This document shows, piece by piece, positions 1 to 8,853 of a stretch of 11,222 bases of DNA. Location: positions 1 through 11,222 of IMG/VR virus record IMGVR_UViG_2703719355_000001, one strand, 5' to 3'. A model generated the notes under the pieces. The model was given only the letters and a program-made list of their open reading frames with translations, was not told where the DNA came from and searched no databases. The translations under genes were made by a program, and so were the position numbers. This DNA comes from a virus. Taxonomy: Duplodnaviria > Heunggongvirae > Uroviricota > Caudoviricetes. Numbering within the stretch: position 1 is the first letter of the stretch; every line of letters starts with the position of its first letter.

Positions 1-12
1 ATTTTTAGTCAT
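1..12 (-). CDS. 5' end (first 4 codons, MTKN...) of a gene that runs off the left edge of the window; by position a further ejection/injection protein of the late operon
   Basis: ATG at 10..12 (minus) preceded by a strong Shine-Dalgarno AAAGAGG (complement of about 20..27) with 7-nt spacing. Only 4 codons are visible, so the product is inferred from synteny alone. Confidence 0.3.
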
Positions 13-63
13 CCTGTTTACCTCTTTCTCAGGGAGTTTAGTCTCCAGGATTTCCGGGGCGGT

Positions 64-435
64 TCATGTGCCGATAGAATTACGCTGGTCTTCATCAATG
101 AATCCCATGCCTTTACGAACGGATTCAATCTGGTCTGGATATTGAGTAGCCAACTGACGCAAAGCACCGCGATCACCAGACGCATAAGCATTAGCGTATG
201 CCTGCTGAAATTCTTTCTGCCGCTGAGCCTGCTTTTCCTGCTGAAACACCCCCGCAATACCTGAAAGGCCTTGCAAAGCAGTCAGCCCAACATTGTTAGC
301 GCCTGAACGCTCAATATCATTGTTCTGCCTGATAAGCTGAAGCGTATTGCCGATGTCATTTACGCTCGGAGCGTTTGAGTTGACGCCGCCGATACCAGCC
401 AACAATCCGCCGTTTGTTCCTTGCCAAGTAGCCAT
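64..435 (-). CDS. 123-aa Gly/Gln/Asn/Ala-rich protein, putative ejection (injection) protein occupying the gene-20 position
   Basis: ORF-track ORF with ATG at 433..435, SD GGGGT 5 nt upstream, 10 nt after the gp7-like stop. Low-complexity composition resembles the adjacent gp7-like protein. Stop TGA at 64..66. Confidence 0.55.
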   Translation of the reverse strand: MATWQGTNGGLLAGIGGVNSNAPSVNDIGNTLQLIRQNNDIERSGANNVGLTALQGLSGIAGVFQQEKQAQRQKEFQQAYANAYASGDRGALRQLATQYPDQIESVRKGMGFIDEDQRNSIGT

Positions 436-444
436 GATTACCCC

Positions 445-1134
445 TTAAAACAACGAGCCAAGCAATCCGATACCAGCACCAATGCCAGCGCCCCAAGGCG
501 TTGATGTTCCCAAAAGGCTGGCAAGACCTGCACCGGCAATCGCACCAGACGTGCCACCGCTAATTGCAGTCTGAAGACTTGATGGTTTATTGGCATTAGC
601 AGCGGCAAGTGCTGCGCTTTGCTGTGCAATGCTGCTCATGTTGTTGGCGTATGTCTGCCCAGCGTTTGCCTGACCTTGCAGCGCACCAAGCCCAACGTTT
701 GCCAGATTGTTGTAATTGCTCATCTGGTTTGATAACCAAGACTGACCGAGTGTCGGCGCGATCGTAGCCAGTTGATTGCTTGTGGCTGTCGAACCAAGTC
801 CACCCGTCGCCTCCGCAGCAGCAAGACTCTGGTAACGCGCCTGACCTGCAAGGTCTTTATACTGCTGAGAGTTGTAATACTGATTAAGTGCCTGCCCCTG
901 ACCTTCTAAACTGGAAAGATTCTGCAACTGGTTAACATACTGCTCCGCAAGAGGCGTGAACGGAGCAAGGTTTTTCATGATCGTCTGCCACTGCTGATTT
1001 TGCAGGTCTGCTGCATACTTCTGAGCTTCTGCGGCATACTTTGCGCTTTTATCGGCTCCACCTTTCCCGCCTTTTTCAGGGCACCAAGGTTCCTCGCCGC
1101 GCAGTTTTCTGCCCAGCTTAAATGCATATAACAT
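445..1134 (-). CDS. 7: ejection (injection) protein, P22 gp7-like, 229 aa
   Basis: ATG at 1132..1134 with SD GGGAGA; stop TAA at 445..447. Length and position after the gp14-like gene match P22 gene 7. Low-complexity Q/N/A/G-rich body and a C-terminal Gly-rich hydrophobic tail (GAGIGAGIGLLGSLF). Symbol assigned by synteny. Confidence 0.75.
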   Translation of the reverse strand: MLYAFKLGRKLRGEEPWCPEKGGKGGADKSAKYAAEAQKYAADLQNQQWQTIMKNLAPFTPLAEQYVNQLQNLSSLEGQGQALNQYYNSQQYKDLAGQARYQSLAAAEATGGLGSTATSNQLATIAPTLGQSWLSNQMSNYNNLANVGLGALQGQANAGQTYANNMSSIAQQSAALAAANANKPSSLQTAISGGTSGAIAGAGLASLLGTSTPWGAGIGAGIGLLGSLF

Positions 1135-1136
1135 GG

Positions 1137-1592
1137 CTATCTCCCGTGATTCAGGAAGTCGATTAGTTCTTCGCGTGTTGCGCTGTAAAACGTCACGTCA
1201 TCCACGCCTTTGAAGTATTTCTTGATGGTTCCGACACGCTTAAGGCCAATCATTGCGCAGTACATCTGACCGTGGCGGAATTTACGTGCAGCAAATGATG
1301 TGACGCACTGAACGGTGGTGTTAGTCAGAATGTATCGCCAGAATGCCAGCCCGATTTCCTTGCTGAAGCCGCGAATCTCTGGCAGGTACATGGCGTGGCA
1401 ATCGAATGTCAGCGGCTGAATCTCCTGATAGTAAACAATGCCGCCAAACTGACCGTACACGTTCACCTCGAAGTAACGGCATTCAGGCTTGTAGTCGTAT
1501 CCATCACCGTTGTTGCTCCCGGCGATAATGTCGGGGTGATTTCCCACGGCTTCTATCAGGTCGATGTTTCGCGTTGGTTTGAATGTAATCAT
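1137..1592 (-). CDS. 14: head/tail assembly protein, P22 gp14-like, 151 aa
   Basis: ATG at 1590..1592 overlaps the stop of the upstream needle gene by 1 nt (TGATG); stop TAG at 1137..1139. Position between the needle and gp7-like genes as in P22. Symbol by synteny only. Confidence 0.65.
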   Translation of the reverse strand: MITFKPTRNIDLIEAVGNHPDIIAGSNNGDGYDYKPECRYFEVNVYGQFGGIVYYQEIQPLTFDCHAMYLPEIRGFSKEIGLAFWRYILTNTTVQCVTSFAARKFRHGQMYCAMIGLKRVGTIKKYFKGVDDVTFYSATREELIDFLNHGR

Positions 1593-2293
1593 CAGTCAAT
1601 CAGCCCATGTAATCTAAGTGCTGTTTCAAGCGCCAGAATACGCTGCCGCGCCTGCTGCAAACCTGTAGCGAGAGCCGAGACTTCGGATTGTGTGTACGTA
1701 GTGCCGACCGTGTATGACTGGTTAGCGTTGAATGTGCCAAGAAGTGGTGTGCCTGTGGCTGCAGTCCATCCGGTCTGCCTTGCTCCAACGACCTGAATTC
1801 CATCAACTGAATATGATGTTTTTACATCCAGCGGTGACGCAAGAGACTGCGATTCGGTTACGGTTTTCGATACGTAATCACTCTTAATGTCAGATACATC
1901 GCTTTCTACGCCATCCAGTCTTTGGTCAACAGTGACCAGATGCGCCTGAATATCGATAACCTCATCCAGCAAGTAATCAACATCGCTACGCAGTACGACT
2001 ATCTTCCCTTCGGCGGTTGTTAACCTGACCTCAAGGAGATTTATCGCTTTTGTGTTTGCGGTGATTCTTGCATCGTGGTCAGCCAGTTCGACATCCTGTT
2101 CATCGTTTTTCACCTGAGCATCGTAAGCGCCCTGTCCGGCCTCGTTGGCCTTGTTCGCCACGTTACCAACATCAGTGCCCTGTGCGATAACGTAAAGCAG
2201 ATATGACTGCGAGAAGATATTGCGTGGAAGGATTGATGTATCGAGCCGCGTCGCCTGAACAATAACAGGTGTATTGAGATTCGAATCAGCCAT
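1592..2293 (-). CDS. 26: tail needle protein (P22 gp26-like), 233 aa
   Basis: ATG at 2291..2293 overlaps the gp10-like stop (TAATG). Length equals P22 gp26. Central region has coiled-coil-like heptad character ([36 protein letters not shown]...), consistent with a trimeric needle. Confidence 0.8.
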   Translation of the reverse strand: MADSNLNTPVIVQATRLDTSILPRNIFSQSYLLYVIAQGTDVGNVANKANEAGQGAYDAQVKNDEQDVELADHDARITANTKAINLLEVRLTTAEGKIVVLRSDVDYLLDEVIDIQAHLVTVDQRLDGVESDVSDIKSDYVSKTVTESQSLASPLDVKTSYSVDGIQVVGARQTGWTAATGTPLLGTFNANQSYTVGTTYTQSEVSALATGLQQARQRILALETALRLHGLID

Positions 2294-3711
2294 TACTCAA
2301 TCCTTATCTGGCAGCCAGACAGAGTGACAGGTGACTTCGTGATAACACGCAATTTGAAGCCGACATTTTTCCTGATGCGCCCAACTCGCTTCCACAAAAC
2401 GCGTTTGTCGTAAACGAACGGTTCATTCTGCTCAATCATCTGCTCACGCCCGTAATTTATGCCGTCAGTGGTTGCAGAGAGGAACAGGCGGTCGGCGTAC
2501 TGAGCTACGCCAGTGGATGATTCCACCTCCAGATCGAAGCATCTGGCGTTATCCGCTTTGAACAGTGGAGTAAACAGAAGGTGTTCCTGTTGCTTGTCGT
2601 ACTGGCTGCTGATATCGAACTGCAATTTCCCGGTCACGGATTCCAGCTTATCGCCGCACGTTATCTGATTGCCTTCGTAAATGAAGTCGATAGCGCGGTA
2701 CACATCGTCATACAGACCTGTTTTCAACACACACCATTGCGGACCATTGGCGCTTGAAGATGCGTCGTACACGAGGACGTGACGCGTAAGATGGATAATC
2801 AGCAACTCATGAGCATCAAATCGCAGCGATTCCATCACACCATCAGCCAGTTCATCAGCAGTGTAGGAGCGGAGAATTTTCTCAATGCTCGCGCTGGCGA
2901 TTGGTGATACCTGACCGGAGCCGATGATGTATACAGACGGCGCACCTGTTGCCGGATTGCTGATGAACGCATAGGAATCAGCAAACGGCGTTTTACAGTA
3001 GGTTCCTGCAATACCTTTCTGCACCATCAGCGATGGCTGTGCAACATACAAAGCGGCACCAACGGTGGTTGCGCCAGTAAGGGAGAAATATTCAATAGTA
3101 GATGAACCAAAGCAGACGATGAAGTCTCGCCATGTACCTATGCCGATGATGCCGTCAGGCTGCGATTCTGCACGATATTGTGCGCTGTAGCGGTCAGGGT
3201 GCGATTCGTCTTCAAGGTCAGTGATAAACCATGAATCAGTACCGTCTTTTGACCACGCATAACGCCCACGTAAGCGCGTAATGTCGCGAACTGAACCTAA
3301 CTCATACTGCGTAAAACCGCTGTCTGTAGGCCAGTTTGAGACGGTTTTAACAGTGCCATCATAGCGATACTCGACCAGTTGACCATTAACACCTACCGCC
3401 TGTGATGTCCGACCATGCGCCATTGATACACGACCACTTCCGGCGACGTCACCGACTTCACTTTCTCCTTTGTACAGCTTGCCACCACACACGCGATAAA
3501 CAGCATTCTGCGCCATGTTGTACTCGACGCCTCGCGATACTCCGTTCACATCAGAACGTTTGGCAATGCCCGGGAATGAGCGAAGATATCCGCTGCTGTT
3601 CAGGATTTCTTTGGGTGTAGCCAACATATTCACTGGCAGATAGTCGATATAGTCGGCGTTTCGAAAGTCTTTGCCGACACCTTTCATAAGCGGAAGTTGC
3701 TGAATCGGCAT
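2293..3711 (-). CDS. 10: tail accessory factor / portal-neck hub protein (P22 gp10-like), 472 aa
   Basis: ATG at 3709..3711, 9 nt after the gp4-like stop; stop TAA at 2293..2295. Length equals P22 gp10 and the position is syntenic. Confidence 0.75.
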   Translation of the reverse strand: MPIQQLPLMKGVGKDFRNADYIDYLPVNMLATPKEILNSSGYLRSFPGIAKRSDVNGVSRGVEYNMAQNAVYRVCGGKLYKGESEVGDVAGSGRVSMAHGRTSQAVGVNGQLVEYRYDGTVKTVSNWPTDSGFTQYELGSVRDITRLRGRYAWSKDGTDSWFITDLEDESHPDRYSAQYRAESQPDGIIGIGTWRDFIVCFGSSTIEYFSLTGATTVGAALYVAQPSLMVQKGIAGTYCKTPFADSYAFISNPATGAPSVYIIGSGQVSPIASASIEKILRSYTADELADGVMESLRFDAHELLIIHLTRHVLVYDASSSANGPQWCVLKTGLYDDVYRAIDFIYEGNQITCGDKLESVTGKLQFDISSQYDKQQEHLLFTPLFKADNARCFDLEVESSTGVAQYADRLFLSATTDGINYGREQMIEQNEPFVYDKRVLWKRVGRIRKNVGFKLRVITKSPVTLSGCQIRIE

Positions 3712-3720
3712 TTATTCACC

Positions 3721-4182
3721 TCACGTACTCGGATCATCTTTCTCGATGTAAAACCGATTCCACGTAAACGCGCTTTTGTTACCACTACCGCGAGGCATGT
3801 CATTTCGCCGCTCAAGTGGTGGTATTTTGGTTAAAGCGATACAGATTGTTTGATATGCACTGTCAGCAGCGGTAAGGAGAGCGTCTGACGGCTGAATGAC
3901 GTTATCCATGCACACTTGCACAGCGAGTTTCAAAGCGACGCCATCATTTGCCCATGCAGGGATACCTGAATCATCGTCAGGCAACGGCATGATGCCGTTT
4001 TCTGTATCAGCAAACTGATACCCAAGCTCGATACCTTTCGCCTGCCATGCTGCCATCATGTCTTCGAGGTCATTAATGGCATCTTCAATTGCCTGAGGGT
4101 CGGCATCTGTCAACGTGGCATTGGAATACAGCCCGGCTTTTCGTAAAGCCTTAAGAACGAGATCACCCTTCGTTTTCGCCAT
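3721..4182 (-). CDS. 4: head completion / tail adaptor protein (P22 gp4-like), 153 aa
   Basis: ATG at 4180..4182, stop TGA at 3721..3723. First gene after the coat and small ORF, as in P22-like phages. The next in-frame Met is at residue 42, so this start is the likely one. Confidence 0.75.
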   Translation of the reverse strand: MAKTKGDLVLKALRKAGLYSNATLTDADPQAIEDAINDLEDMMAAWQAKGIELGYQFADTENGIMPLPDDDSGIPAWANDGVALKLAVQVCMDNVIQPSDALLTAADSAYQTICIALTKIPPLERRNDMPRGSGNKSAFTWNRFYIEKDDPST

Positions 4183-4351
4183 CTTCTTCCGCCTTAGCCA
4201 CTTTATGCTTCGTTGCGGTTTCTTCAGGAGTTTTTACCCAGCCTTTTTTCAGGTGAGATTTAACTTCTTCGTCATCAACAATGATGTAATCGACAGCAAA
4301 CTGACCACAGGTGATCATGTTGCCAGGCTTATAGAGCATTGTTCGTGCCAT
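4163..4351 (-). CDS. hypothetical small protein (62 aa; MARTMLYKPGNMITCGQFAVDYIIVDDEEVKSHLKKGW..., acidic C-terminus)
   Basis: ATG at 4349..4351 with SD GGGAGAAG 6 nt upstream, immediately after the coat terminator. The ORF track's 75-aa version starts at a non-ATG codon and would read through the terminator hairpin, so I prefer the shorter form. Its 3' end overlaps the gp4-like start by 20 nt in another frame. Confidence 0.45.
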   Translation of the reverse strand: MARTMLYKPGNMITCGQFAVDYIIVDDEEVKSHLKKGWVKTPEETATKHKVAKAEEDGENEG

Positions 4352-4362
4352 TGTCTTCTCCC

Positions 4363-4388
4363 AATAAAAATGGGGCCGAAGCCCCACC
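4363..4388 (-). terminator. rho-independent terminator (probably partial) downstream of the coat gene
   Basis: On the minus-strand RNA, 6 nt after the coat TAA: UGGGGC-UUCG-GCCCCA (6-bp GC-rich stem, UUCG tetraloop; arms at 4381..4386 and 4371..4376) followed by UUUUUAUU (complement of 4363..4370). Confidence 0.7.
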
Positions 4389-4392
4389 AAAA

Positions 4393-5646
4393 TTACTGCC
4401 CGGCAATAACGATGCCCGTATATTCAGGAACAAGTACAGAGCAACCATACAGAGTGGTGAAACGAGCAGTGGTTACGCCTTTGATGTGGTCGAAGGCGTA
4501 AGACATGATCAGCGTAGCGCCCTGCTCGGTGGTTGCTGTCATTACCTGTGGACCCTGACCAGTCGGGAACGCCAGTTTGCCGTACATCAGCTCAACAGAA
4601 CCATCAGCCCAGAATAGGTTAGCCGGTGCGGCATTTTTGTTGAGAATGGTAATTGCTGCACCATTTGCCGCGTTAGCATCAACGTTTGCATATGGTCGGC
4701 TGGCGACATCCGCGTTGTCAGGCGGCAGAATTTTCGGGGAGATAGTTACTGTCGTTCCGCTTACTGCCAGAACGCGGAATACCTGCGGCTGCCCGGTGGT
4801 ATCTTTGGTGATCTGGTGTACAGAATTCACCCCTGCTATGGTAAACGCATCGCCAACCTGCAAACCTTCAGCAGATACCGTAATGGTCCCCTGTCGGTTA
4901 TCCACTGGCATATCGTTAGCATCTTTCGCTTCAACCTTGTGCGCAGGTGCTGCTGCCAGCGTAATGGAAGTTGCTGTACCCTTCGGAACACGACCAGAAA
5001 TATCGGTCTTGTAGCTATCGAAGGACGCAACCGGAGGGATTTGCGCTTTTTCGTATGCTGTCAGGGTTGCGCCCTGAGCATAGGCACGGTGACTAAGCTC
5101 GCCAGCAAGGTCTTTGTAGTTGAAGGGGTTCCAGAAAGAGCGACGGTTGATACCCTGAGGTACACCAATCGCCGTCATGGTGGCATCAATACCTGCCGCA
5201 CAGTTCCACAAATCACGGCCCTGTGAACCTGTGGTTGAGTCAGCCATCGTGATCACGTTAGTAGCACGCTGCGTAACCATGGAAATCAGGTCAGAGTCAA
5301 TCTGTGCAGCAAGGCGCATACCTGCGGCGCGACCAGCTTCAGTTTTATGTTCCGGGTCACGCATTTCACGCGCATCCAGAGTGTACAGAATGTTTTTCGG
5401 CTCCTTGAACACAGAAGGAACAAGGCGCTGAACCAGTGCTGTTGGCGTTTTGCCGCTGAGGTCTAGGCCTTCCTCAATGTTCATGTGGTAATGCTGCGGA
5501 CGATACAGAACATCACCTGCTCGCTGCATTGCTGTATCACCGGGACGGAATTTTTTAGCGTTACGGGAAACTACGCAGGCGGCCTCAAAGCCTTCAACGT
5601 AGTTTTCGAACATGATTTCAAGGTCTTTTGCTAATTGGTTAGCCAT
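4393..5646 (-). CDS. 5: major capsid (coat) protein, P22-like family, 417 aa
   Basis: ATG at 5644..5646 with SD GGAG; stop TAA at 4393..4395. Follows the scaffold gene. Shares remembered P22 coat motifs (KKFRPGDTAMQR vs KKYTPPAASMQR; NLFWADGSVEL vs NVFWADDAIRI) but is clearly divergent from P22 coat itself. Confidence 0.88.
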   Translation of the reverse strand: MANQLAKDLEIMFENYVEGFEAACVVSRNAKKFRPGDTAMQRAGDVLYRPQHYHMNIEEGLDLSGKTPTALVQRLVPSVFKEPKNILYTLDAREMRDPEHKTEAGRAAGMRLAAQIDSDLISMVTQRATNVITMADSTTGSQGRDLWNCAAGIDATMTAIGVPQGINRRSFWNPFNYKDLAGELSHRAYAQGATLTAYEKAQIPPVASFDSYKTDISGRVPKGTATSITLAAAPAHKVEAKDANDMPVDNRQGTITVSAEGLQVGDAFTIAGVNSVHQITKDTTGQPQVFRVLAVSGTTVTISPKILPPDNADVASRPYANVDANAANGAAITILNKNAAPANLFWADGSVELMYGKLAFPTGQGPQVMTATTEQGATLIMSYAFDHIKGVTTARFTTLYGCSVLVPEYTGIVIAGQ

Positions 5647-5664
5647 GCTTAATGCTCCGATAGG

Positions 5665-6558
5665 TTATTTTTTTGCCTTTTTGGCGGCGAAATACGGCGT
5701 CCAGTCACCAGTTTCCAGCGCCTTGGCTTTCAGTTTGTCGAGGTTATTGATTACTGCGCCGTTGCTCCCCTTAACTGTCGGGGTTGTGGCTGCCGTGGTT
5801 TTTGCTTTTGGCATGATTCTGGCCTTCGATTCGATACGTTCCAGCAGACGACCAATTGCTACGGGGTTGGTAGCTTCTGCCAGTTGCTTGCGCAGTTCAG
5901 CGTTGCGACCGAGTGCCAGAACAACGATCTCCGGCTTCTCTGACTCAAACAGGATCGCGTTTTGTGTCTCGATTGGGATTTCCTCGAGTACGGCCTGCTC
6001 AGCTTCCTGATAGCCAGGAACTTTGAGAGCCTTAACACGTTGCTGATATTTGGATAATCGCTCTTGATAGGCAGCCTGAAGCTCCTGCTCCTTCTGCTTG
6101 CGAGCCATCTCCTGTTGCTGGTACTTGCCGTTATCCTCTGCCCACTTAGCCATGCGTTGCTGGTAGATTTCTTCATCGAAACCGATGTCCTCATCATCCA
6201 GTTTTGGCATTCGCGGTGGTTGAGTGATTACCGGCTGCTGCTCGACGGGTTTCTGAGACTGACGCATCAGCTCTTTCAGCTCGCGGTCTTTCTCTTTAAT
6301 CGTCTTGCGCAGGTGTTTTACCAGTCCATGCTCTGCGCCATCTTCGCTGGTTGGCGAATCCAGCTTTTCGTCACCAAAGTAGAATTCCTGTTCTGATTCG
6401 TCGTCATCAGTTTCAGTAGCTTCCTCTGCATCATTGCCGGAGGACTCACTGCCATCTACTGTTTCGACTTCTTCAGCCAGTTCGACATCATCAGGAATCT
6501 GCTCTGACGCGTCGGTTTCGATTTCAACTTCTGGTGTGTTTTCTGCCATCTGGTCCAT
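5665..6558 (-). CDS. 8: scaffolding protein, 297 aa
   Basis: ATG at 6556..6558 with SD AGGGGT. Lies between portal and coat. Strongly acidic N-terminal region, central charged helical region (KELMRQ..., QQEMARKQKEQELQAAYQERLSKYQQ) and a basic C-terminal tail (LDKLKAKALETGDWTPYFAAKKAKK) typical of scaffold coat-binding ends. Confidence 0.75.
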   Translation of the reverse strand: MDQMAENTPEVEIETDASEQIPDDVELAEEVETVDGSESSGNDAEEATETDDDESEQEFYFGDEKLDSPTSEDGAEHGLVKHLRKTIKEKDRELKELMRQSQKPVEQQPVITQPPRMPKLDDEDIGFDEEIYQQRMAKWAEDNGKYQQQEMARKQKEQELQAAYQERLSKYQQRVKALKVPGYQEAEQAVLEEIPIETQNAILFESEKPEIVVLALGRNAELRKQLAEATNPVAIGRLLERIESKARIMPKAKTTAATTPTVKGSNGAVINNLDKLKAKALETGDWTPYFAAKKAKK

Positions 6559-6648
6559 TTGTTACCCCTGTTTACTCGATGTTCAGCCCATCGGAAGGCA
6601 ATAGGGTGCCAGGCCTCATAAAGACAGCCATTGCACGTTATGGGTTAA

Positions 6649-8853
6649 TTACTGCTGTGGTTGTTGCTGAGTTGATTTTTGCAGGATGCTGCTGATGTCC
6701 ATGCGCTGCGCATGGCCCTGTGCCTGACTTTTCAGGACAAGCTCTGCATCAGCACGGGCATTATCTCCTTGCTGTTGCTGGAACTGTCCGAGCAGTTTCA
6801 GAGCCTCGCGGATATCAGATTTCTGCTGACTATCGGCAGATGCGAGTATTTTCACAACATTTGCCGCTGCAACCTGAGCATCAGTCTGTGCCTGGAATGC
6901 TTTAACCTGAATGGCTGCCTGTTCGTTCTGCGCTTTCTGCAATTCAGCCTGGCCAGCAAGAAGCTGACCTTGCGCAGCAACCATAGCCGGATCTGGCTGA
7001 CTGGCCTGTTGTTGTTTCGCCTGCTCAACCATTTGCTGTTCTTCAGGCGTTCTCGGCTTGATAACGCCAGACAGAAGCAACTGATTGCGGTTGTATTCTT
7101 TCAGGTCGTCCATCCCTTCGCCGTCCATATTGTCGAGAATCATCGACGATACAAGGTCGTGCTTCGGCGTTCCTGGTGGGATAAGTGCCAGCATGGAAAG
7201 TAACGACTTAACCGTTGCATCACGGCGAGTAGCGAACGACTGACCGACATCGACAGTCACTTCATAGTTACCCTGCGAAAGGTCGTTAAGCGCGATAACC
7301 TGCCCTGTCTGACGGTCAACCACTTCACCAGTCATCAGCGCCACGTCATCGCTGTCGTCCTCATTCACGATACGCATCGGCGTATCACTGCCATAGACCT
7401 CACGCGCCATAGAAAGCCACACAACGCCAGCGCGACGCATGGATTTAGCCATGTTGTCCATGTAGATATAGGACTGCGTGTCCATCCGGTTAAAGATGCT
7501 ATCAACGGTATCGGTGGCGACGTTGCTCGGCATGTTCTCAAGCTGCGAAGCCCCGGTAATTTGCTGAATAGCCGTTCCGGTGTACTGCAATAACCCGGCA
7601 AGAGCAGGAGGCATTTGTGTCGGAGGTGTATAACTGCTGACCTGAGCCTGCGCAGTAATATCTCCGTTTTTGTTTTTCAGACTTACCATCGGCAGGAACG
7701 CCGGGCGCTTTTTGTTGCGCTCCGCCCAATGATTGGCGAGAGGACCAGGAATCATGTCAACATCAACTACAGGAATGCCATCACCGCCAGCCTGAGTAGC
7801 GTTATCTGCAATCATGGAAACCATCAGGTTCTCAAGACGCTGTGCATCCATCGCTTTTGCTGCGTGGCCTTCTATTCGCTCCTGATTATCAACAAATGAG
7901 CGACGCCCATATACCGGGATGAGAGGAATATGTTCGCCCGGAATACGCTTCGGTTCTTCCAGCCATTCAGCGCCAGACAGAAGACCGCAATAAACGCGGC
8001 GCTTCTTCACCGTTCGCTCGCCAATCAGTTCGAATGCACCATCGGTCAGCTCGTCGACAATATCTTTGATTTGCTCTTCATCATAGATTGCCGTTTCTCC
8101 GCTGACAGGATTGCGCCACGCCGTGAGCTTCACCTTCTCTATGCGAACTTCGTAGTAGCGTCCAACATAGATGGCATCAGGCGTTGACCAGTCATACTGA
8201 GTACCAGTGTCATCACGAGAAAGACTTGCCGCGATGGAGTCAGGGTATTCAGCCTCGAACGCTTTAGGCGTCATGGAGAACATTTCCATAGCCCACATAG
8301 CATCAGAGCGGTCATATTGCTTGCTGTCCTGATCGAAGAAGACGCATGTCGCTGGGTCGTAAACAGGAAGAAGGCTTATACGGCGCTGCTCGTTACTCGG
8401 ATCCATTTCATCTTCGTAATCGGCACACATGCGGAAACAACCGAATCCGCCCGTTACAGCATCATCAAATGCGTTATCACACGCTTCGCCACCGGATGTT
8501 TCCTGATAGTCAGCGCGGAATTTGCCGTTCATCTTTTCGGCTAACGCTTCCGATGCCTTATCGTCCTTCGGCCTGAATTTAACGCTGATGCGATTCTGTC
8601 GATACTCGCCAATGATGCGATCACATTCACGGGCAATCTTATTCAGCTCAAAGCGCGGGTAATGCTCAAACCTTCCTTCATCAAATGAGTAACCAGCGTT
8701 TGTGCTGCCTTCCCACTGTGCGCCGGATACCCGGACGAAACGTTGAGCCTCAATAATCTGCTCACGCATATCCTGCGTTGCTGACCAGGCATTATCAAAG
8801 TTGCACAGCACCTTGCGATGCCAGTCAGTCATCTTTCTATCATCAGCCATCAT
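6649..8853 (-). CDS. 1: portal protein (P22 gp1-like), about 734 aa from ATG 8851..8853
   Basis: The ORF track extends to a TTG at 8863..8865. The ATG at 8851..8853 has a GGAG SD and overlaps the terL TGA stop (ATGA arrangement), so I prefer it. Gln-rich C-terminal segment (...QQQQGDNARADAELVLKSQAQGHAQRMDISSILQKSTQQQPQQ) is typical of the P22-family portal barrel. Confidence 0.9.
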   Translation of the reverse strand: MMADDRKMTDWHRKVLCNFDNAWSATQDMREQIIEAQRFVRVSGAQWEGSTNAGYSFDEGRFEHYPRFELNKIARECDRIIGEYRQNRISVKFRPKDDKASEALAEKMNGKFRADYQETSGGEACDNAFDDAVTGGFGCFRMCADYEDEMDPSNEQRRISLLPVYDPATCVFFDQDSKQYDRSDAMWAMEMFSMTPKAFEAEYPDSIAASLSRDDTGTQYDWSTPDAIYVGRYYEVRIEKVKLTAWRNPVSGETAIYDEEQIKDIVDELTDGAFELIGERTVKKRRVYCGLLSGAEWLEEPKRIPGEHIPLIPVYGRRSFVDNQERIEGHAAKAMDAQRLENLMVSMIADNATQAGGDGIPVVDVDMIPGPLANHWAERNKKRPAFLPMVSLKNKNGDITAQAQVSSYTPPTQMPPALAGLLQYTGTAIQQITGASQLENMPSNVATDTVDSIFNRMDTQSYIYMDNMAKSMRRAGVVWLSMAREVYGSDTPMRIVNEDDSDDVALMTGEVVDRQTGQVIALNDLSQGNYEVTVDVGQSFATRRDATVKSLLSMLALIPPGTPKHDLVSSMILDNMDGEGMDDLKEYNRNQLLLSGVIKPRTPEEQQMVEQAKQQQASQPDPAMVAAQGQLLAGQAELQKAQNEQAAIQVKAFQAQTDAQVAAANVVKILASADSQQKSDIREALKLLGQFQQQQGDNARADAELVLKSQAQGHAQRMDISSILQKSTQQQPQQ

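Noticed and set aside
13-66. Idea that the 123-aa ORF is simply gene 20 truncated by a single nonsense mutation with read-through into the next gene
   Set aside because: Continuing in frame past TGA 64..66 meets a second stop (TAA 19..21) before the downstream ATG at 10..12, and that ATG has its own strong SD. This is a genuine intergenic spacer, not a single-nonsense break; a larger deletion cannot be excluded.
18-257. 79-aa minus-strand ORF overlapping the 123-aa gene in another frame
   Set aside because: It overlaps the SD-supported 123-aa ORF and the intergenic SD of the next gene, has no good start context, and its product is basic low-complexity. Judged spurious.
4352-4390. N-terminal extension (MVGLRPHFYWEKT) of the small ORF, giving the 75-aa version in the track
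   Set aside because: The extension begins at a non-ATG codon and would be translated straight through the terminator hairpin and U-tract. The internal ATG at 4349..4351 has a proper SD, so the 62-aa form is preferred.
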